Source: Cenarchaeum sp.
Lineage (GTDB): Archaea; Thermoproteota; Nitrososphaeria; Nitrososphaerales; Nitrosopumilaceae
Reading direction: 5' to 3'
Length of the DNA: 64,000 nucleotides
Assembly (NCBI GenBank): GCA_965212015.1
Contig: OZ243037.1
Location: 1,216,001-1,280,000 of the forward strand
The notes under the pieces are model-generated. The model saw only the letters and a list, made by a program, of their open reading frames with translations, was not told the origin of the DNA and made no database searches. Position numbers and translations under genes: made by a program. Shown one piece after another: positions 9,014-19,259 of the stretch. Each line of letters opens with the position of its first letter. The stretch's first letter is position 1.

Positions 9014-11860
9014 TTATCCGAGCTTTTCTAGCTCTGCCAGGTACTCGATCACCTTGATGAATTCCTGGTCTGATATGCGCCCCGCCACCCACCAGTCCGC
9101 CGCATCTTTCACCCATTCGGGAACGTCGGATTTTGCATCCTGCGCTATATAGGATATGATGGAATCGATTGCCTTTTTTGCATCATCAGAATTGTTGCCC
9201 TTTGTGAAAAACCCCGCATTGTTTTTTACCCATTCGGGCAGTGCATCCTCTGGCGGGATATATCCTCCGGTATCGCCGATGCGGACAGATACCGATCCGC
9301 GCTGCGTCAGCGAGTCTCGGTCCTCGCCCGCATACACCAGTACGGTGTGGTTTCCCGGTGTATCCGGTATCCAGGACAGCGCGGCAGACGCAGTCCTGTT
9401 TGCCGCTATCGTACCCGCAATGGAGCTTGCAGCAGAGTTTGCCGGCGCTATCTGGTATACGAACGGCAGCTCTGTGCCGTCCCTGCTGCGAATCTCTGCT
9501 GCAATGTGTACCATCTGGTTCTGCTCTAATACGGATACGCCCTCGCCGGCAGAGTTTACCGTCCTTATGTCGGATATTACCAGTGAGTCTGCCTGGGGTT
9601 TTTCCGTTATGTTTATTTTATCCTGTACCATGATGAATCCATGTGCGTGCCTGTCACGATCTCTGGCTATGTAGAAATGCAGTCCGGGTTCGTTGAATGT
9701 GAATGCAAAGGTGCTGCGTTGCGAGTCTCCTATGGCTTTCTTGCAAATACGGTGCTTTATTCCAAGTTTGTTATCGACTACAGGAATGCATTTTTCTGCA
9801 TTCATGCTCCATTGTATGGTGTCACCCACATCTACCTTGATGCCGTTTGGAACAATACACAGCGAGCCGGTACATCGATCGTCATTTTTGGAATCCGTGA
9901 TTAATACCTGGTTTGTTTCTGTAAATTCCACACCTAGCGCCTTTGTCGGGCAACTCCCCGACCAAAAACATTTTCTAGGATCATTATTGGCCCACAGTTC
10001 ACCATTATCACGATTCATAGATGCACCTTGGATTGTTATGTGCTCTGCACCCCTGAGAAACGGGATCTGCAAAGTGATTGCATCAGGGGATATGATCTTG
10101 TCTTCAATAGCCCTTATGCCGTCTACTGTGAGACGGAATTTATTATACAAAAATGCATGTGGTTTTATAACCTCTTGTGGCAGCGTGATGGTCAGTGATC
10201 CCGATTCCGTGGCAGTCATGTTTATCAGCATGAATGTGCCATATTCCTCACGTGAGTTAATAGAATCATAAAACGTCTCGACTGATTGTATGCTTCCCCC
10301 GTCCATGACATATTTTAGCTCATCACCCGTGTTTCTTATCTTTATAGTCTGTCCCGACTCTGTGGGAAGCACGTAGGGCGGGGGAAACAGCTTGTTGCCT
10401 GTTATCTCTATCGTGTTTTCGACTCCGGGCTCCAGGTGCGGAGTAAACCTTATGGTGTTGCTGATGGTGTTTTTTGTGCCAGAGACTCCGACATTTTCCC
10501 CATTGTGCGTCACTACAAACTCGTCGCCCAAAAGCGTGTACGGGATTGTCACCTCAAAGGGATACCTCTCCCGTCCAAAGCTCTTTGTCACAATCTCCAG
10601 CTTTTTATCCTCGGGCACAAACTCCATGCTGCATATGGTTCCAAGCTGCCTTGTAACTACCTCTAGCCCTTTTCCATTAGCATCTATAACAAACCTGTCC
10701 TTGTGGAATTCCTCGGGCTTTTCACGCCCGTCGTTTCTTACCGTCTCGCTTTGAAACTCTTCGCCGTGGGAAAGATCAAACCTTGATCCTCCAGCCTCAA
10801 AGCTTATCCTGATCTTTTTGTATCCGCAGCTGGTGCTCTCCAGGTGCTCTAGGTCCCCGACGCCCCTTCCATAGTGTTCCCTTTTTATCTCCCCGCCGTA
10901 CAGGTCAAGCTTGTCTACAAGCTCCCGGGGGTACTGGAGCGTTATGCTGCCCGAATCCTCCGTCATTATGGAAAACCCATGCTTGCCAAAGTGGGAAATC
11001 TCACCTGTGGTCATCTCGTAGGGTATGTCGTACAGATAGCTTGCAGTGTACAGCTTTGCCACCCCTTTTGTCCTGTCATCGTTCAGATAATGGAGCCCAA
11101 ACCCGTCGTATATCAGTCCCGTGGAAATTAACTTTACAAAGTCGTGCCTTGCAATGTTTGGCAGCTCGTCTACTGGCAGGACTATGTGCAGGGTGTTGGA
11201 CTTTGCCACCTTGTCCAGTGGGGGTATGTATCCTATTCTGTCGCCGGGTATGGCCTTTAGGACGTCAAGCAAAAGCTCCATGTTCTTGGAATTATACGTG
11301 ATTCCAGTCGTAAAATGCTGCTCCCCTATGTGTATCACCACATCCATCACGTCTATCATGTCGTTTTCTATTGCGTCCATAAAGTATGCAAACTGCCTGT
11401 CAAACTTTGGATTGTCCTTTATTCTCTGGGCTATGCTTGCGTCAGGATCATCAACGTGTGCCGGCTCCTTGGCTATTATTACGCCTACAAACCTGTGCTG
11501 TAAAATGTCCGGCAATACGGACGCCGGAATCGCAGCTTCTGCCACGTATCCAAAGACCGGATGCGACACTACTGTGGCGTTTACGTTATAGTGGTTTATC
11601 AAGAGTGACGCTATGGTCTCTGCGGTGAGCTTTATGGTGCCAGAATCATCGCCTAGCCTGTGCGGCACTATCATAAAGTTGTGCTCATACATTGCATTTT
11701 CATCTATCAGATGGAGTAGCTTGTCTGAGAATCCAAAGTACCTGTCGTCTGATCTTATCTGCTCTGACAGAGAGACCTCTTGTGCATGGGCGTAAAGCGG
11801 GACTACAAGCATGCATGCTGCCAAAACGAGCAACATGTGTGGATTTTGCATCGGATCCAC
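9014..11860 (-). CDS. Large mosaic secreted/surface protein (repeated beta-sandwich domains, cupredoxin-like domain, thaumarchaeal PxWVKxxAxWW tail)
   Basis: Signal peptide ending AHA; VGDTIQW...FTFNEPG cupredoxin-like segment; C-terminal PEWVKNNAGFF and PEWVKDAADWW repeats; lower GC than the flanks. Confidence 0.8.
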   Translation of the reverse strand: MDPMQNPHMLLVLAACMLVVPLYAHAQEVSLSEQIRSDDRYFGFSDKLLHLIDENAMYEHNFMIVPHRLGDDSGTIKLTAETIASLLINHYNVNATVVSHPVFGYVAEAAIPASVLPDILQHRFVGVIIAKEPAHVDDPDASIAQRIKDNPKFDRQFAYFMDAIENDMIDVMDVVIHIGEQHFTTGITYNSKNMELLLDVLKAIPGDRIGYIPPLDKVAKSNTLHIVLPVDELPNIARHDFVKLISTGLIYDGFGLHYLNDDRTKGVAKLYTASYLYDIPYEMTTGEISHFGKHGFSIMTEDSGSITLQYPRELVDKLDLYGGEIKREHYGRGVGDLEHLESTSCGYKKIRISFEAGGSRFDLSHGEEFQSETVRNDGREKPEEFHKDRFVIDANGKGLEVVTRQLGTICSMEFVPEDKKLEIVTKSFGRERYPFEVTIPYTLLGDEFVVTHNGENVGVSGTKNTISNTIRFTPHLEPGVENTIEITGNKLFPPPYVLPTESGQTIKIRNTGDELKYVMDGGSIQSVETFYDSINSREEYGTFMLINMTATESGSLTITLPQEVIKPHAFLYNKFRLTVDGIRAIEDKIISPDAITLQIPFLRGAEHITIQGASMNRDNGELWANNDPRKCFWSGSCPTKALGVEFTETNQVLITDSKNDDRCTGSLCIVPNGIKVDVGDTIQWSMNAEKCIPVVDNKLGIKHRICKKAIGDSQRSTFAFTFNEPGLHFYIARDRDRHAHGFIMVQDKINITEKPQADSLVISDIRTVNSAGEGVSVLEQNQMVHIAAEIRSRDGTELPFVYQIAPANSAASSIAGTIAANRTASAALSWIPDTPGNHTVLVYAGEDRDSLTQRGSVSVRIGDTGGYIPPEDALPEWVKNNAGFFTKGNNSDDAKKAIDSIISYIAQDAKSDVPEWVKDAADWWVAGRISDQEFIKVIEYLAELEKLG

Positions 11861-12026
11861 CTGCGAGCCGGTTGCTAATTATATATTACTCAGAATTCTA
11901 CAGTTCGTAATGTGTGATACGCGCAATCTCGGATCGGGTTTGTTTCTGATGCCCATTTGTCAAAAATCAGGCAAAAAACACCAATGGCGGCAATCTGTGG
12001 GATCCGCAAGTATCACAACATATCTG

Positions 12027-12070
12027 ATCGATGAGGTGATTTGCAGTGACTAATAATCACCTCGATCGAT
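12027..12070. repeat. Inverted repeat (15/16 bp with one bulge) in a divergent intergenic region
   Basis: ATCGATGAGGTGATT (12027-12041) ... AATCACCTCGATCGAT (12055-12070). Confidence 0.6.
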
Positions 12071-12081
12071 ACAATCCACAT

Positions 12082-12613
12082 ATGAGGAAATTCACATGTT
12101 TTTCGTTTATCGTACTGCTTTTGTCTTCTGTGATCACGTTTCCCATGTCCTCGGATGATTGCATATGGACAGGATCTGGGGGAAATCAGGGAATACCTGA
12201 CATCATCCCGCACAGGTGATGTATTTTACATCGACATACCAGAGGAATATGTTCTTTTTGGAAAGGACATCAATGTTTTTGCCGAGCTTGAAAGCAGTTC
12301 CAGTATTATCGAGCCTCGGCTACTAGAGTTTGCAGATACTGACGGCAACGGCATAGTCGATCAGGTGCGATGGAGCAATCCCTCGTCCCAGGCATCCGGT
12401 GACTCGTCTGGTCAAGATTATGTGTTTTATATTGATGCGGGGGAATCTAATTTCACGGATGCGGAAAAACAACTAGAAAAAATGCAAGACAGATTTGATG
12501 TAGGATTTTACAAGAAAACACTCGGCATGCTCAACGCCAAGGCATCCGGAAGCCTTCAGACACATCTTGATTCCGTGAGGGGCGAATCCGGAGGGTTTTT
12601 CATTCCCATCTAG
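12082..12613 (+). pseudogene. Frameshifted, probably truncated secreted-protein gene
   Basis: The signal-peptide-like MRKFTCFSFIVLLLSSVITFPMSS (12082-12153) is one base out of frame with MIAYGQDL... (12155-12613); DTDGNGIVD Ca-binding-like motif. Confidence 0.6.
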
Positions 12614-12721
12614 TTATGCGGGGCCGGCCGCAGAGCCGGGGCACCGCAATTGCCCGCACCGGCCTGGTGTGCCGCCACACGAATATACGGATTTAAATTA
12701 TGCCAGCCTGACTTTACGCTG

Positions 12722-13555
12722 ATGCGGATAGGATGCCACGTGTCGATTTCAGGCGGAATCGACAGATCGGTGGATAATGCAGTGGAAAGAGAGTGCACGG
12801 CGTTTCAGATTTTTACGCGCAATCCCCGCGGATGGCGTGCCAAGGAGATTACCGATTCTGAGGCGGACGTGTTTGGGACAAAGCTGAAAAAAAGCGGCAT
12901 AGACAAATCGGCAGTATGCGTGCACATGCCGTATCTGCCAAACCTCTCGTCTACAAACGACGAGTCATACGCAAAGTCAGTCCAGACGCTAGTCGACGAG
13001 ATAAAGAGATGCGGCAAGCTGGGAATCCCGTACCTTGTGACCCATCTGGGCAGCCACCTGGGAGCAGGAGAGGAAAAGGGGATTGCCAGACTGGTAGGGG
13101 CGTACAAAAAGGCAGCCAAGGTAGAAAACGGCGTGACTGTCCTGCTTGAAAACACGGCGGGGCAGAAAAACTCTGTGGGCTCTGACTTTGGGCAGCTGGG
13201 ATCCATCTTTTCACAGCTGGGATCCGGTTTTGGAATATGCATCGACACGTGTCACGCGTTCGTCCACGGATATGACCTGCGTACACAAAAGGCGGTAAAA
13301 AATACGTTTGACGAGTTTGACAGCATTATAGGATTCGAGAATCTAAAGATTTTGCACCTCAATGACGCAAAGGGTGAGATCGGCTCAAAGCTTGACAGGC
13401 ACCAGCACATCGGCCTTGGAAACATAGGCAAAGCGGGCATGCAGGCCGCAGTCAGAATGGCCAAAAAGAGGGACATTCCCGTCGTGCTAGAGACGCCGAT
13501 AGACGACGAGCGGGACGATTTTGCAAACATCAGGATCGCGCGGGAGCTTGCATGA
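12722..13555 (+). CDS. nfo: Endonuclease IV (AP endonuclease)
   Basis: IGCHVSISGG, HMPYLPNL, LLENTAG, CIDTCH, HLNDAK, DRHQHIG, LETP. Confidence 0.95.
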   Translation: MRIGCHVSISGGIDRSVDNAVERECTAFQIFTRNPRGWRAKEITDSEADVFGTKLKKSGIDKSAVCVHMPYLPNLSSTNDESYAKSVQTLVDEIKRCGKLGIPYLVTHLGSHLGAGEEKGIARLVGAYKKAAKVENGVTVLLENTAGQKNSVGSDFGQLGSIFSQLGSGFGICIDTCHAFVHGYDLRTQKAVKNTFDEFDSIIGFENLKILHLNDAKGEIGSKLDRHQHIGLGNIGKAGMQAAVRMAKKRDIPVVLETPIDDERDDFANIRIARELA

Positions 13556-13571
13556 CTGGAGATGATTTACG

Positions 13572-15026
13572 GTGGGTTATGACGAGGTAATGAAAATAGC
13601 GCTGGAGCGCGGGTTTTATTTTCCAAGCTGCGAGGTGTACAGCGACGCGCAGGCAGGTTTCTGGGAGTACGGACCGACCGGCGTATTGTTCAAGAATCGG
13701 TTTCTGGAGCTGTGGAGGCGCGAGCTGATCAGGCGCGATCAGATGATCGAGATTGACGGCTCGCAGATAATGTCCGGATCCGTCTTTGCGGCATCTGGGC
13801 ACCTGGAGGGCTTTGCAGATCCGATAATAAAATGCGCAAAGTGCGGCCTCACGCACAGGGCCGACAGGATGATCGCAGAGGCGGCGGGAATAGAGATTGC
13901 AGAAAATGCCAGCACAAAAGAGTTTGATGCGGCCGTCTCAGAGAACGGCATTGTATGCAAGAAATGCGGCGGCGGCTTTGAAAAGACGCAGAGGTTCAAC
14001 ATGATGTTCAGGGTGGGAATCGGTCCCGGAGGCGAGCCGGCATACCTCAGGCCGGAGACCTGCCAGTCGATTTTCGTGGACTTTCCAAGGCTGTTTAAGA
14101 CCATGCGCGGAAGGCTTCCACTGGGAATAGCGCAGGTGGGAAAGAGCTTTAGAAACGAGATATCCCCCAGGCAGAGTCTTTTGCGACTGAGGGAGTTTTA
14201 CCAGGCAGAGATCGAGGTATTTTACAATCCGAAAAAACCAGACGCAGTGGCCTTTGACGAGGTAAGGGACACGGTTCTTCGAATACAGACAGGCGGCGCA
14301 CTCAAAGAGATGACGTGCGGGGAGGCAGCAGAGTCCGGTGTGATACCGGACAGGTTTACTGCGTACTATCTCGGGCTGCTTGCGGGGTTTTATGAAAAGA
14401 CGGGCATTGATGTAAAGAGGAGCAGGTTCAGAGTGCTGGATGAAAAGGAGAGGGCGTTTTATGCAAAGGTCGCCTTTGACTTTGAGGTGGAGACTGCCAC
14501 CGGATGGCTGGAGCTCGTCGCGTGCAACTATAGATCCGACCACGATCTGTCGGGTCACGCCGGCAAGAGCGGGGAAAAGTTCGAGGTGATGGACGGCGAG
14601 GAAAAGGTGCTGCCGCACGTCTTTGAGATATCCATGGGAGTTGATCGAAGTTTGTACGCCATACTGGAGCACAGCCTGAGGGACGATGAGAAAAACGAGA
14701 GGACGCTGCTGGCGCTAAGGCCGTACCTGGCGCCGGTCCAGGTGGGCGTCTTGTCGCTGGTAAAAAAAGACGGCCTGCGGGAAAAGACCGACGAGGTGTT
14801 TCGCATTCTGAGGGGGGATTTTGACGCATTTTTGGATCATTCCGGCGCAATAGGAAGGCGGTACAGGAGGCTAGACGAGATCGGCGTGCCGTACGCAGTA
14901 ACGATAGACCATCAGACGCTCAAGGACGACACCGTGACCGTGCGGCTCAGGGATTCCATGGAGCAGAGCCGCGTGGGGATTCCGGAGCTAAAAAAGATGA
15001 TGCGCGACGGGCTAGCGGTTTTCTGA
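13572..15026 (+). CDS. glyS: Glycine--tRNA ligase
   Basis: YLRPETCQ, GKSFRNEISPRQ.LLRLREF, IGRRYRRLDEIG. Confidence 0.96.
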   Translation: MGYDEVMKIALERGFYFPSCEVYSDAQAGFWEYGPTGVLFKNRFLELWRRELIRRDQMIEIDGSQIMSGSVFAASGHLEGFADPIIKCAKCGLTHRADRMIAEAAGIEIAENASTKEFDAAVSENGIVCKKCGGGFEKTQRFNMMFRVGIGPGGEPAYLRPETCQSIFVDFPRLFKTMRGRLPLGIAQVGKSFRNEISPRQSLLRLREFYQAEIEVFYNPKKPDAVAFDEVRDTVLRIQTGGALKEMTCGEAAESGVIPDRFTAYYLGLLAGFYEKTGIDVKRSRFRVLDEKERAFYAKVAFDFEVETATGWLELVACNYRSDHDLSGHAGKSGEKFEVMDGEEKVLPHVFEISMGVDRSLYAILEHSLRDDEKNERTLLALRPYLAPVQVGVLSLVKKDGLREKTDEVFRILRGDFDAFLDHSGAIGRRYRRLDEIGVPYAVTIDHQTLKDDTVTVRLRDSMEQSRVGIPELKKMMRDGLAVF

Positions 15027-15659
15027 GTAATACTTGCATAGTTTTTTTATACCGCAGACTTTGCACATTGGGGATACGGGCTTGCAGATGTTCTGCCCGT
15101 ACATGACAAACGTATTGTTGACGCGCAGCCAGTATTTTTTTGGAATTTTTTTGACTAGCTGCTCCTCTGTCTGCTCGGGGGTCTTTGTTTTTACCAGGCC
15201 GATGCGGTTTGAGATGCGGTGCACGTGAATGTCCACGGGTATCGCCGGCTTTTCATAGGCGTATACCAGAACACAGTTGGCAGTCTTTCTGCCCACGCCC
15301 GGAAGCCGAATCAGCTCATCCACGTTATCTGGAACCGTACCGCCGTGCTCGTCGCGTATGATTCGTGCAACGTCTATGATTCTTTTTGCCTTTACGTGAT
15401 AAAAGCCGATGGACTTTATGATCCGCTCGACGTCTTTGATTTTTGCCGATGCCAGCTCGTCTGGGGTGGCGTATGCCTGAAATAGTCTCTTGACCACTCT
15501 TGCGGTGTTCTCGTCCCTGGTGCGCGCAGACAGGATTGTGCCGATCAATATGCTAAACGGGTTTCCCATCTCTGCGTCATGCAGCTCCTGCAGTGCGGTA
15601 ATTCTGGGCGGCTTTGCCTCGTTCATTGTCTTCATCATCCCGTCAAGTATGCGCTTCAT
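15012..15659 (-). CDS. nth: Endonuclease III
   Basis: HhH motif LPGVGRKTAN, VDIHVHR, C-x6-C-x2-C-x5-C Fe-S motif. Confidence 0.95.
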   Translation of the reverse strand: MKRILDGMMKTMNEAKPPRITALQELHDAEMGNPFSILIGTILSARTRDENTARVVKRLFQAYATPDELASAKIKDVERIIKSIGFYHVKAKRIIDVARIIRDEHGGTVPDNVDELIRLPGVGRKTANCVLVYAYEKPAIPVDIHVHRISNRIGLVKTKTPEQTEEQLVKKIPKKYWLRVNNTFVMYGQNICKPVSPMCKVCGIKKLCKYYSENR

Positions 15660-15979
15660 GGGGTCTTGTATTGTAGTGGGTTCTGTAAAGCTATCGGAGT
15701 CTGGGATCCTTTGATCGTACTATGGAGACGGAAACTGGTGCATATATGTTGAAAAATCATGGGCATGCGATATATCCTATGATCCAAATAATGTTCCTCG
15801 AATAATAAAACAACACTATCCTGCACTATCCAATGATTGAGAGCTTTCCTGTCATTTCGTTAATCGCCTATCAAGCAAATTAGGCGGAATCGATAAATTA
15901 AGAGAAATTTCATTTGTGCTCAGACTTTACAAAACCCTGCTGCAATCCACTTATCTATCATGGTTTTCCATCATACTCT

Positions 15980-17005
15980 ATGGCAGCATTCAAAATCCTT
16001 GGAATTCTGGCAATGCTGGCAGCAGGCATGATTACCACACCCGATGTATTTGCCACACAGTGCAGCGAGGACAAAAATCCCATAATGTCGCCAAGTGGAA
16101 AACTGGCTTGTGTGTTTGATGATACGTTTGCCAAACTCTTGGAGAGGGGATGGAGTATGCCAACTTTGGACGAGCAGAATATACAAACTGATGGTTCTGT
16201 TGTACCGACTATAGACACATGGAACACGAAAGATTTTGTAATATCACATGATCCAGATACAACGCCTCCTTTGATAACTATTGACCGGTTGTTTCCACTG
16301 CTAGAGATCGAAATACCAAAGTCGACGCCGATAAACGATGTCATGAACATAACCATACACTATGACTATTCACCAAGATATAACATATTCGATAACGAGG
16401 AATGGACGGAATTTAATCCTGCAAACTTAAGAAACACAATATCGATACGTCCAAACGTATACGGTGAATTTATGGGACCAGAGATGTATTTCAGACACAC
16501 AAAACATTTGGAAATGATCAGTGACTTTCCTTTGTTGGAGCGTTATCCTCCTAGCACCGACTATTATGGCGAAGGACTGTATTCGTATTGGATAACCCTG
16601 CCATACATTGGAAACATACCGCATACGGAACAGATATCATTTAAGGTAAAAAAACCAATGCTGTACGACCAGGAAGAATTTCACATGTCAATGTGGCATG
16701 GCATATACCCACCAATACAGACCAATTGGTATTCCTCGACTAATGACGGCAGACTGACCATGTCTCCGGTTCCAATATATTTCGAAGGCATATTTGATGA
16801 ATTTCCACGAAGAGGTCAGGGAGAATTCAACTTGTCCGGCCAGTATACAATAGACAAGCCGGGTACGGAATCCATCGATTTGGATCAGATAGACAGTCTT
16901 GTTCCAGATATTCAAAGGGAGATACACAAATGGCTGGCAAAGATGAACGTCGGAGTGAACCAATTACTGGCAGACGGAATATCATTCAGACAAGACATCT
17001 TTTAG
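15980..17005 (+). CDS. Secreted hypothetical protein, low-GC accessory gene
   Basis: Signal peptide followed by the C...SPSGKLACV...KLLERGW motif seen in thaumarchaeal exported proteins; ATG at 15980 preferred. Confidence 0.7.
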   Translation: MAAFKILGILAMLAAGMITTPDVFATQCSEDKNPIMSPSGKLACVFDDTFAKLLERGWSMPTLDEQNIQTDGSVVPTIDTWNTKDFVISHDPDTTPPLITIDRLFPLLEIEIPKSTPINDVMNITIHYDYSPRYNIFDNEEWTEFNPANLRNTISIRPNVYGEFMGPEMYFRHTKHLEMISDFPLLERYPPSTDYYGEGLYSYWITLPYIGNIPHTEQISFKVKKPMLYDQEEFHMSMWHGIYPPIQTNWYSSTNDGRLTMSPVPIYFEGIFDEFPRRGQGEFNLSGQYTIDKPGTESIDLDQIDSLVPDIQREIHKWLAKMNVGVNQLLADGISFRQDIF

Positions 17006-17133
17006 ATCCCAGTTCCACCATGGAATAAGAAACGATCACGGGCCGACATTTCAGGCCCCCCAGTACGTACTCCTGCATGCCTCCGGATGCGGCACAATGC
17101 AAGTGTTATATCCGCCACAATACAAAGACAGGC

Positions 17134-18282
17134 ATGGAGCTGACAAGGGAAGAAGAGCTCGCACTGGGGGGCGAAAAGGGCGAGGTCATGCAGCTTGCAT
17201 ACAGAATTCTGGTCGCAACCGGCGAGGCCACCGACGCTGAGCGTCTCATACCGATAAAATGGGCGCACCTTTCTGGCGTCAACTATAACACAATCGGCGA
17301 TGCGGGAATGGAGTTTCTTGCCGGCCTGAGCCGCAACGCGCGAGTCGCAGTAAGGACGACTCTGAATCCCATGGGGTACGACATTGACAGCGTCTCAAGA
17401 TATCACATAGGCGAGGATTTTATAAAAAAACAGGAGAGCATAAGGGAGTCGTACGTGAGGATGGGCGTCACCCCGTCGTTCTCGTGCATTCCCTACGAGA
17501 TATTCGACCTGCCAGAAAAAGAGACGCAGGTATCCTTTGCGGAAAGCAATGCGGCAATATTCGCAAACTCTATGACTCCGATGAAGACCAACAAGGAGAG
17601 CGCGTTTAGCGCCCTTGCAAGCGCGCTGACCGGAAAGAGCCCGTATTCCGACCTGAGAAAGGACGGCGATCCCGGCATGACTATCAGGATGAAGATCAAA
17701 AATCCCAGCGAGATGGCGTACGGCATGCTAGGATACTTTGCCGGCAAGATTGCCGGCAGTTCTGCGAGAATCTCCGGCGTAAGCGGGCTTGACAGGCGCA
17801 GCTGCAAGTCAATGTGCGGCGGCATGGGAACATCCGGCACGTGCGGCAGGTTTGTCCTGGGAGACGGCGGCGCAGAGGGCGTGGACTTTGGCAAAAAAGA
17901 GATGCAGGACATACATGACGAGCTAAACACGGCAGAAAAAGGGGACCTTGTCACGCTTGGAAGCCCGCAGCTGGGGCTGGGCGAGATGTCGGATCTCTCA
18001 TCAATGCTAAAGGGAAGGTCGTTCAAAAAGCGGTGCATGGTGTTCTGCCCTAGAATAGTGCAGGAGCAGGCAAGGAGTCTGGGCCACACAAACGAGATAG
18101 AGAGGGCCGGATGCGAGATTCTGTCGGACTGTTGCACGTGCCTGACTCCTCTGATCGACTGCAGCGAGGTGGATTCTGTGACTACCAACAGCATAAAGGG
18201 CGCCTATTACATGAAAAACTCCAACAAGGTCGGCATAAACCTGAAACCGCTCTCGGACATAATAAGGGACGAGACGGCATGA
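17134..18282 (+). CDS. Aconitase X catalytic subunit (DUF521; putative phosphomevalonate dehydratase large subunit)
   Basis: AHLSGVNYNTIGDAG, TTLNP, SCIPY, AESNA..FANS, LGSPQ, TNSIKG. Confidence 0.88.
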   Translation: MELTREEELALGGEKGEVMQLAYRILVATGEATDAERLIPIKWAHLSGVNYNTIGDAGMEFLAGLSRNARVAVRTTLNPMGYDIDSVSRYHIGEDFIKKQESIRESYVRMGVTPSFSCIPYEIFDLPEKETQVSFAESNAAIFANSMTPMKTNKESAFSALASALTGKSPYSDLRKDGDPGMTIRMKIKNPSEMAYGMLGYFAGKIAGSSARISGVSGLDRRSCKSMCGGMGTSGTCGRFVLGDGGAEGVDFGKKEMQDIHDELNTAEKGDLVTLGSPQLGLGEMSDLSSMLKGRSFKKRCMVFCPRIVQEQARSLGHTNEIERAGCEILSDCCTCLTPLIDCSEVDSVTTNSIKGAYYMKNSNKVGINLKPLSDIIRDETA

Positions 18283-18662
18283 CCATAAAGGTGATAGTCT
18301 CCGGAAGGGTCAGCGGTATAGTGGTAAAGTCGTCTGACCCGATAAACTTTCTGGGCGGCGTGGACAAAAAGACCGGAATGATAAAGGATGCAAAATACGA
18401 CATTGCCGGCAGATCAATTGGCAGTGCCATACTCGTGTTTCCGCACGGGGTTGGAAGCAGCGTGGGGGCGTACACCATCTATTCCCTAAAGGCCAATGAC
18501 TGCGCCCCGCGCGCCATGATCTGCACAAAGGCGGATCTGACAGTCGCCTCCGGATGCGCCCTTGCGGACATTCCGTTCGTTATAGTGGACGCAGAACAGT
18601 TCGATTCCATTGCAGATAACACACAGATAACGCTGGATACCGGGACGCGCTCAATCACCTAG
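18279..18662 (+). CDS. Aconitase X swivel subunit (DUF126)
   Basis: INFLGGVD, LVFPHGVGSSVG; ATGA overlap with the large subunit. Confidence 0.88.
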   Translation: MTIKVIVSGRVSGIVVKSSDPINFLGGVDKKTGMIKDAKYDIAGRSIGSAILVFPHGVGSSVGAYTIYSLKANDCAPRAMICTKADLTVASGCALADIPFVIVDAEQFDSIADNTQITLDTGTRSIT

Positions 18663-19259
18663 CGCATGCCGTGTTATGTTTCCATTCGGCGCCTCCTCCC
18701 CAAATATAATGCCCTCAAACCTTGAAACTATGGTGCCTTTTTTCTTCCAGGCGTCCCTCTCAAGGCCTGCCTTTTCGCACGCGTGCCCCAGAAACTCTGT
18801 CGCACTCCAGCCGTACTCTACTGGAACCTGCGGTAATAGCAGCCCGGAGCTTGACTTGGATTTTATGATCAGCCCGTCCCTGCCGATCCGGATTTTTGAC
18901 GGATACTCTGACGGATCGCCTGCTGCAATCTCTTTTGGCGCAGTCAGCACCGTGACTTCAAACGTGATACAGTCAAGCTCGTCGGGCGTTACCGGCTCAA
19001 ACCTTGGATCGGTCACGGCAGATGCTGCCGCATCGGCAAGTGCCTCTGACAGGTTTCTGTCCGGAAGCACATATCCTATGCATCCCCGCAGGCCGTCCTT
19101 GTTGTCTATTGTAACAAACACCCCGCAGGAAAACGCAAACCTCGACTCGAATCCGGGATCCGGTTCCGGTGCGCCGCCCGTGACAAAGCGTGTCGCGATT
19201 TTTCTGGCCGCGCGCACCAGCAGCTCCCCGTCGGCGTGCGATATGTGGCGGCCAGTCAC
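18651..19259 (-). CDS. AMMECR1 / AmmeMemoRadiSam protein A family
   Basis: GVFVTI, LRGCIG, DPRF, GLLLPQV, KAGL; GTG start at 19259 inferred. Confidence 0.9.
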   Translation of the reverse strand: MTGRHISHADGELLVRAARKIATRFVTGGAPEPDPGFESRFAFSCGVFVTIDNKDGLRGCIGYVLPDRNLSEALADAAASAVTDPRFEPVTPDELDCITFEVTVLTAPKEIAAGDPSEYPSKIRIGRDGLIIKSKSSSGLLLPQVPVEYGWSATEFLGHACEKAGLERDAWKKKGTIVSRFEGIIFGEEAPNGNITRHALGD

